NCBI GenBank assembly: GCA_963747595.1
Contig: CAVVFO010000002.1
Coordinates: 1,227,508 to 1,291,507 of the forward strand
Direction of reading: 5' to 3'
DNA length: 64,000 bases
DNA from: an uncultured Gammaproteobacteria bacterium
GTDB taxonomy: Bacteria; Pseudomonadota; Gammaproteobacteria; Xanthomonadales; Rhodanobacteraceae
In this document: positions 60,949 through 64,000 of the stretch, in pieces
How positions within the stretch are numbered: position 1 is the stretch's first letter
How the letters are laid out: each line of letters starts with the position of its first letter
The notes under the pieces: generated by a model
What the model saw: the letters and a program-made list of their open reading frames with translations, nothing else
What the model was told of the DNA's origin: nothing
Databases searched by the model: none
Translations under genes and position numbers: made by a program

Positions 60949-61556
60949 GACGTGTTGCCTCCGTGTGCCTTGCGGGCCTCGGCCTTGCGGGTGTCCGCCA
61001 CGTTCGGCGTGATCAGGCCCAGATCCAGATCCGCCTGCACGCGGGCCAGCGCGTTGTGCAGCGCCAGGCGTTCGGATGCGTCCGATGGCATGTTGGTGCG
61101 CTTGCCGCTGGCGCTCTCCAGGTGCCGGCCGGCGCGCTTGTCGGCTTCGCGCTGACGCTCGCCAGCGGCGTCGGCCTTGTCGGCGAGGCTGTAGACAATG
61201 GCGCGCAGGTAGTTGTGATTGCCCAGCGGCAGGGTGAGCTTGTCCGCCTCGGCCAGCATCTGCTCGATGCCTGCCGCCCAGGTGTCCGGTGTTGCCGGGC
61301 GGCGCACGCCGCCGCGCTCGTCACGGCACACGCTGCCGGTGCGCACCAGCGCCTCGAGCTCGGCCACGATCTTCACCGCCCGCGCGCTGCGCAGGCCCTG
61401 CTTTGCAGGCTTGAACAGGCGCAGATAGCCGATCACCGCGCGGCCCAGCACCGGCTCCATGCCGGCCAGCTGCGCGGCCAGCCGCTTGCCGTCATCGTCG
61501 AGGAAGCCGGCGGCGATCGGGAAGCGGTCGTGGCAGGTTGGGCAGGTGAGTTGCAT
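60945..61556 (-). CDS. Conserved Mu-like phage hypothetical protein with N-terminal CxxC
   Basis: MQLTCPTCHDRF, GYLRLFKP, LPLGNHNYLRAI; ATGA coupling. Confidence 0.7.
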   Translation of the reverse strand: MQLTCPTCHDRFPIAAGFLDDDGKRLAAQLAGMEPVLGRAVIGYLRLFKPAKQGLRSARAVKIVAELEALVRTGSVCRDERGGVRRPATPDTWAAGIEQMLAEADKLTLPLGNHNYLRAIVYSLADKADAAGERQREADKRAGRHLESASGKRTNMPSDASERLALHNALARVQADLDLGLITPNVADTRKAEARKAHGGNTS

Positions 61557-61927
61557 CAGTCTTTCTTCCTCATGTCGATCCGGGTTCCGGCCTTGTCGCG
61601 GCATCGCCTGATCGATGCCTTCAGTCGCTTTTCCTCGCGCTTGAGGTCTTCGATTCCCTTTTGAATCTCGCGGCATTTATGGGAGACAGCGCGGTGACTG
61701 TCCCATGCGCGTTGCAAACGGAGTCCGCTTTTGAGTAGATAGTCGAACGGGTCCAGCGCGGCTCCGCAGCTCCCGCATTGAAGCGACCGATCATGCTCAT
61801 GGATGATCAGGGTCGGGTGATCGCAATACCGCTTCATGCCATCGGTGCGGTCGACCTTCACCGGGTTCTCGGGCAGATCGTCAACACGGTTCAGCGATAC
61901 GACGTTGCTGTGTTCCTTCTCCGTCAT
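61556..61927 (-). CDS. Hypothetical Zn-finger/coiled-coil protein
   Basis: YCDH...QCGSCGAALDPFDYL; coupled to neighbours. Confidence 0.68.
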   Translation of the reverse strand: MTEKEHSNVVSLNRVDDLPENPVKVDRTDGMKRYCDHPTLIIHEHDRSLQCGSCGAALDPFDYLLKSGLRLQRAWDSHRAVSHKCREIQKGIEDLKREEKRLKASIRRCRDKAGTRIDMRKKD

Positions 61928-62394
61928 CAGTCCATCGCTCCCTTGCGGCGGCGCGTCTGGTCATAGCTCAACGCCGCAACAACGCGATGCAGCTGCTCGG
62001 CGCTGAGCCATTCCACCTTGTCCACCTTGAACATCTTCCGCGCCAGGCCATGCGCGTAGTTCCAGCTGCGCCCGGTCTCGGCGAGAATGGCGCCTACCTT
62101 GGCCACCATCGCCGCCAGTTCCTCGCGCACGTTCTCCGGACCTCCCGGCGGCGGCACGGCGTTGCGGCTGCGGCCAGCGCCCTGGCCGGTGAGGCGGCGC
62201 AGCTCGGTGAGCACGGCGCCGCGGCCGCGCGCGTCCAGGTCCGCCGCGCTGCTGACGCCGGCCACGCGCTTGAGCAGCGCGCGGTAGGTGCCTTCATCGA
62301 GGCGCAGCTGCTTGCGCGCCAGCACATGGATGCCGGCGATCTGCTTGTTGCGGCGTTTCGCAGCGTGGTCAATGGTCATGGTGTGCATACTCAT
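61927..62394 (-). CDS. gemA: GemA / Mu gp16 family (DUF1018)
   Basis: IAGIHVLARKQLRLDEGTYRALL..AGVSSAADLD, SWNYAHGLARKMFKVD..EWL. Confidence 0.85.
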   Translation of the reverse strand: MSMHTMTIDHAAKRRNKQIAGIHVLARKQLRLDEGTYRALLKRVAGVSSAADLDARGRGAVLTELRRLTGQGAGRSRNAVPPPGGPENVREELAAMVAKVGAILAETGRSWNYAHGLARKMFKVDKVEWLSAEQLHRVVAALSYDQTRRRKGAMD

Positions 62395-62581
62395 TCAGGC
62401 GTTGGCTGGTTTTGCGGTTCATGGATCCGTACTGGCTGCGCCCACCGGACAGTGCGAACGCGCGCCAGCGATAGGCGCACGCGCGCGACACGCCCCAGCG
62501 CTCGCGGATGGTTTGCACATCCGGAACATGCCGCATGCAACCCAGCCAGTACGCGATCTCGGTGGGCTTGCCGGCGGCCAT
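62369..62581 (-). CDS. Small HTH-like hypothetical protein
   Basis: PDVQTIRERWGVSRACAYRW pattern. Confidence 0.55.
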   Translation of the reverse strand: MAAGKPTEIAYWLGCMRHVPDVQTIRERWGVSRACAYRWRAFALSGGRSQYGSMNRKTSQRLNEYAHHDH

Positions 62582-62895
62582 CAGCGCGCGCTCACCCGCA
62601 CCGGCTGGCCATCGGCGGCCCAGGCGCGCCAGGCTTTCATGCTCAGGGTGCGCACGGCCAGCTTGCCAGGCCAGCTATAGATGACCTTGTCGCGGTTGAC
62701 CATCTCCACCTCGCGCGTCTCGTTGCCCACGCGCACGGCGTCGCCTTCGGCGGGCTCGATGCGCGGATCGCCGCGGTCCGGAGCCCGCTCCGCTGGCGCG
62801 GTGGTGCGGCTGTGGCGCCACGGACTGCGCGATTTACCCTTGCGTCCGGCGGCTGTCACGTCGTGGCTTGGGTTGTGGCCTGCTTCGAATGTCAT
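62581..62895 (-). CDS. Hypothetical protein
   Basis: 104-aa ORF overlapping both neighbours in the operon. Confidence 0.55.
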   Translation of the reverse strand: MTFEAGHNPSHDVTAAGRKGKSRSPWRHSRTTAPAERAPDRGDPRIEPAEGDAVRVGNETREVEMVNRDKVIYSWPGKLAVRTLSMKAWRAWAADGQPVRVSAR

Positions 62896-63314
62896 GCTGC
62901 CGCCCTCCCCATCGACGCCGGCGCAGCCGGCATGCAGGGCGCCCAGGCGAACACGCCCGTGATCCGTTCCTCATCCGCGCCACTGAGGAAAAAGCCGCCC
63001 CGATAACCCGGCCCACCATCGGGTCGACGGAATGCCATGTAGGTCAGCGGCTCGGAATCGGGCGCGTTTTTGACGGTGACCATCACGTCTTCCAACGGCG
63101 GCGGCTCGATGGGCGTGACGGGACGCCAGCGCGCCCAGTCGTCCATCTTGTCGGGTTCGATCCATTCGCGCTTGCCGTCATCGTGCAGCATGCACCACTT
63201 GGACTTGACCAGCCCGGACAGCGCGCCCACGGCGCGCACTACGCCTTCTCGGTCCGACGCATCGAAGTCGGCCACATTGCGCCAGGCGCCGCTGGTATTG
63301 ATCTGCAGTTTCAT
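62892..63314 (-). CDS. Hypothetical protein with DUF551-like C-terminal region
   Basis: MKLQINTSGAWRNV; WRPVTPIEPPPLEDVMV...VFAWAPCMPAAP. Confidence 0.6.
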   Translation of the reverse strand: MKLQINTSGAWRNVADFDASDREGVVRAVGALSGLVKSKWCMLHDDGKREWIEPDKMDDWARWRPVTPIEPPPLEDVMVTVKNAPDSEPLTYMAFRRPDGGPGYRGGFFLSGADEERITGVFAWAPCMPAAPASMGRAAA

Positions 63315-63991
63315 GCGTCCTCCTCGGCCTTGGCCGCCTTGTGATCGGCGTCATACTTGAGCGCTTCCCACTCAGGGATCTCATGCATGGACGGGTGCGG
63401 CGTCCAGAGCGCGAAGTCCATCGCGCCGGAACCGTAGTCGCCAGCGTCGCGCATGGTCTTGTAGGCCTCCAGAATCTCGGGCGCGTAGTCACGCCACGGC
63501 ACCTTGACGAAAAACGTGGACTCGTCGAAATAGCCCCATATGCCTGGGCGGTACCAACGGTTGCCATCGATAACGGCGGGAAACGTCGGCAGGTCCACGG
63601 TACGGATGACGTCGTTGTATTCCTCCAGGTTCGGCAGCTTCCTGATCCGCGCGGCGATCTCCTTGCCAGCTTTAAGGTTGCGGCGCGGTTTCCAGTACTT
63701 GCGCCCCTTGAGCGCATACGCGTGCCTCCAGACGTTCTGCGCAGGCGGTTCATCATCGGAGAAAGCGAACAGCCAGCTGCCGCGATAGAAGCAGGCGTGA
63801 TCGGCCGACAGGTCCTTGCAGAGCGCATTCGTCTTGTTCCAGGCGTCGATGTTCGCGTCACGAATCCGATGCAGCTCGTCAATCAATGGCCCGTCGGTGA
63901 CCCGAAAAAACCTGAAGCGCATGCTGGGCATCTCCTCATGATCCATGACGCGCTTGCGCAGCTCCTCGGTGATTTTTTTCCTGGCCATCAC
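63311..63991 (-). CDS. Hypothetical early/middle phage protein
   Basis: 226-aa ORF with GGAGG RBS and GTG/ATG start, coupled to the downstream gene. Confidence 0.65.
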   Translation of the reverse strand: MMARKKITEELRKRVMDHEEMPSMRFRFFRVTDGPLIDELHRIRDANIDAWNKTNALCKDLSADHACFYRGSWLFAFSDDEPPAQNVWRHAYALKGRKYWKPRRNLKAGKEIAARIRKLPNLEEYNDVIRTVDLPTFPAVIDGNRWYRPGIWGYFDESTFFVKVPWRDYAPEILEAYKTMRDAGDYGSGAMDFALWTPHPSMHEIPEWEALKYDADHKAAKAEEDA

Positions 63992-64000
63992 GCCACCTCC

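Larger units (their letters stand above)
32787..64000 (-). mobile_element. Mu-like transposable prophage (non-contractile tail), late and middle regions; continues beyond the window
   Basis: Mu-type order GemA, Mor, lysis, gp26, DUF3486, terminase, DUF935 portal, MuF, G, protease I, capsid, gp36, gp37, tail tube, chaperone, tape measure, tail tip; TG terminus with tandem repeats. Confidence 0.95.

Noticed and set aside
1-64000. tRNA or rRNA genes, and an integrase-type att site
   Set aside because: None recognised; the prophage is of the transposable type and its boundary is not at a tRNA.

Overview
The window has two parts. Bases 1-32.7 kb are conserved, GC-rich gammaproteobacterial chromosome; the gene order (no skp between bamA and lpxD) suggests Xanthomonadales/Rhodanobacteraceae, which is an inference. 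It carries the 3' end of mfd, a GFA gene, dbpA, dapE-arsC-like-dapD-glnD-map, rpsB-tsf-pyrH-frr-uppS-cdsA-dxr-rseP-bamA-lpxD-fabZ-lpxA-lpxB-rnhB, dnaE and accA, with several GTAG-type REP doublets. An IS1111-type (IS110 family) element at 29706-31191 has split one REP arm. Its 3' non-coding end contains four short segments matching both halves of the reconstituted REP target and both halves of its own circle junction, so a candidate bridge/seek guide RNA can be read directly from the sequence. From 32787 to the window end lies a minus-strand Mu-like transposable prophage with a non-contractile (D3112/B3-style) tail. It starts at a TG terminus with tandem 22-bp-period repeats, next to the 3' remnant of a BrnA-like antitoxin gene and a 20-G run. 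Head, lysis and middle genes are intact, but the tail block (~35.6-45.5 kb) is full of frameshifts. The prophage also shows two identical palindromic late-promoter boxes, a -1 slippery site in the tail chaperone, a MuF with a toxin-like C-terminus, two accessory lipoproteins and a GNAT-like gene at the mom position. The transposase, repressor and other prophage end lie outside the window.
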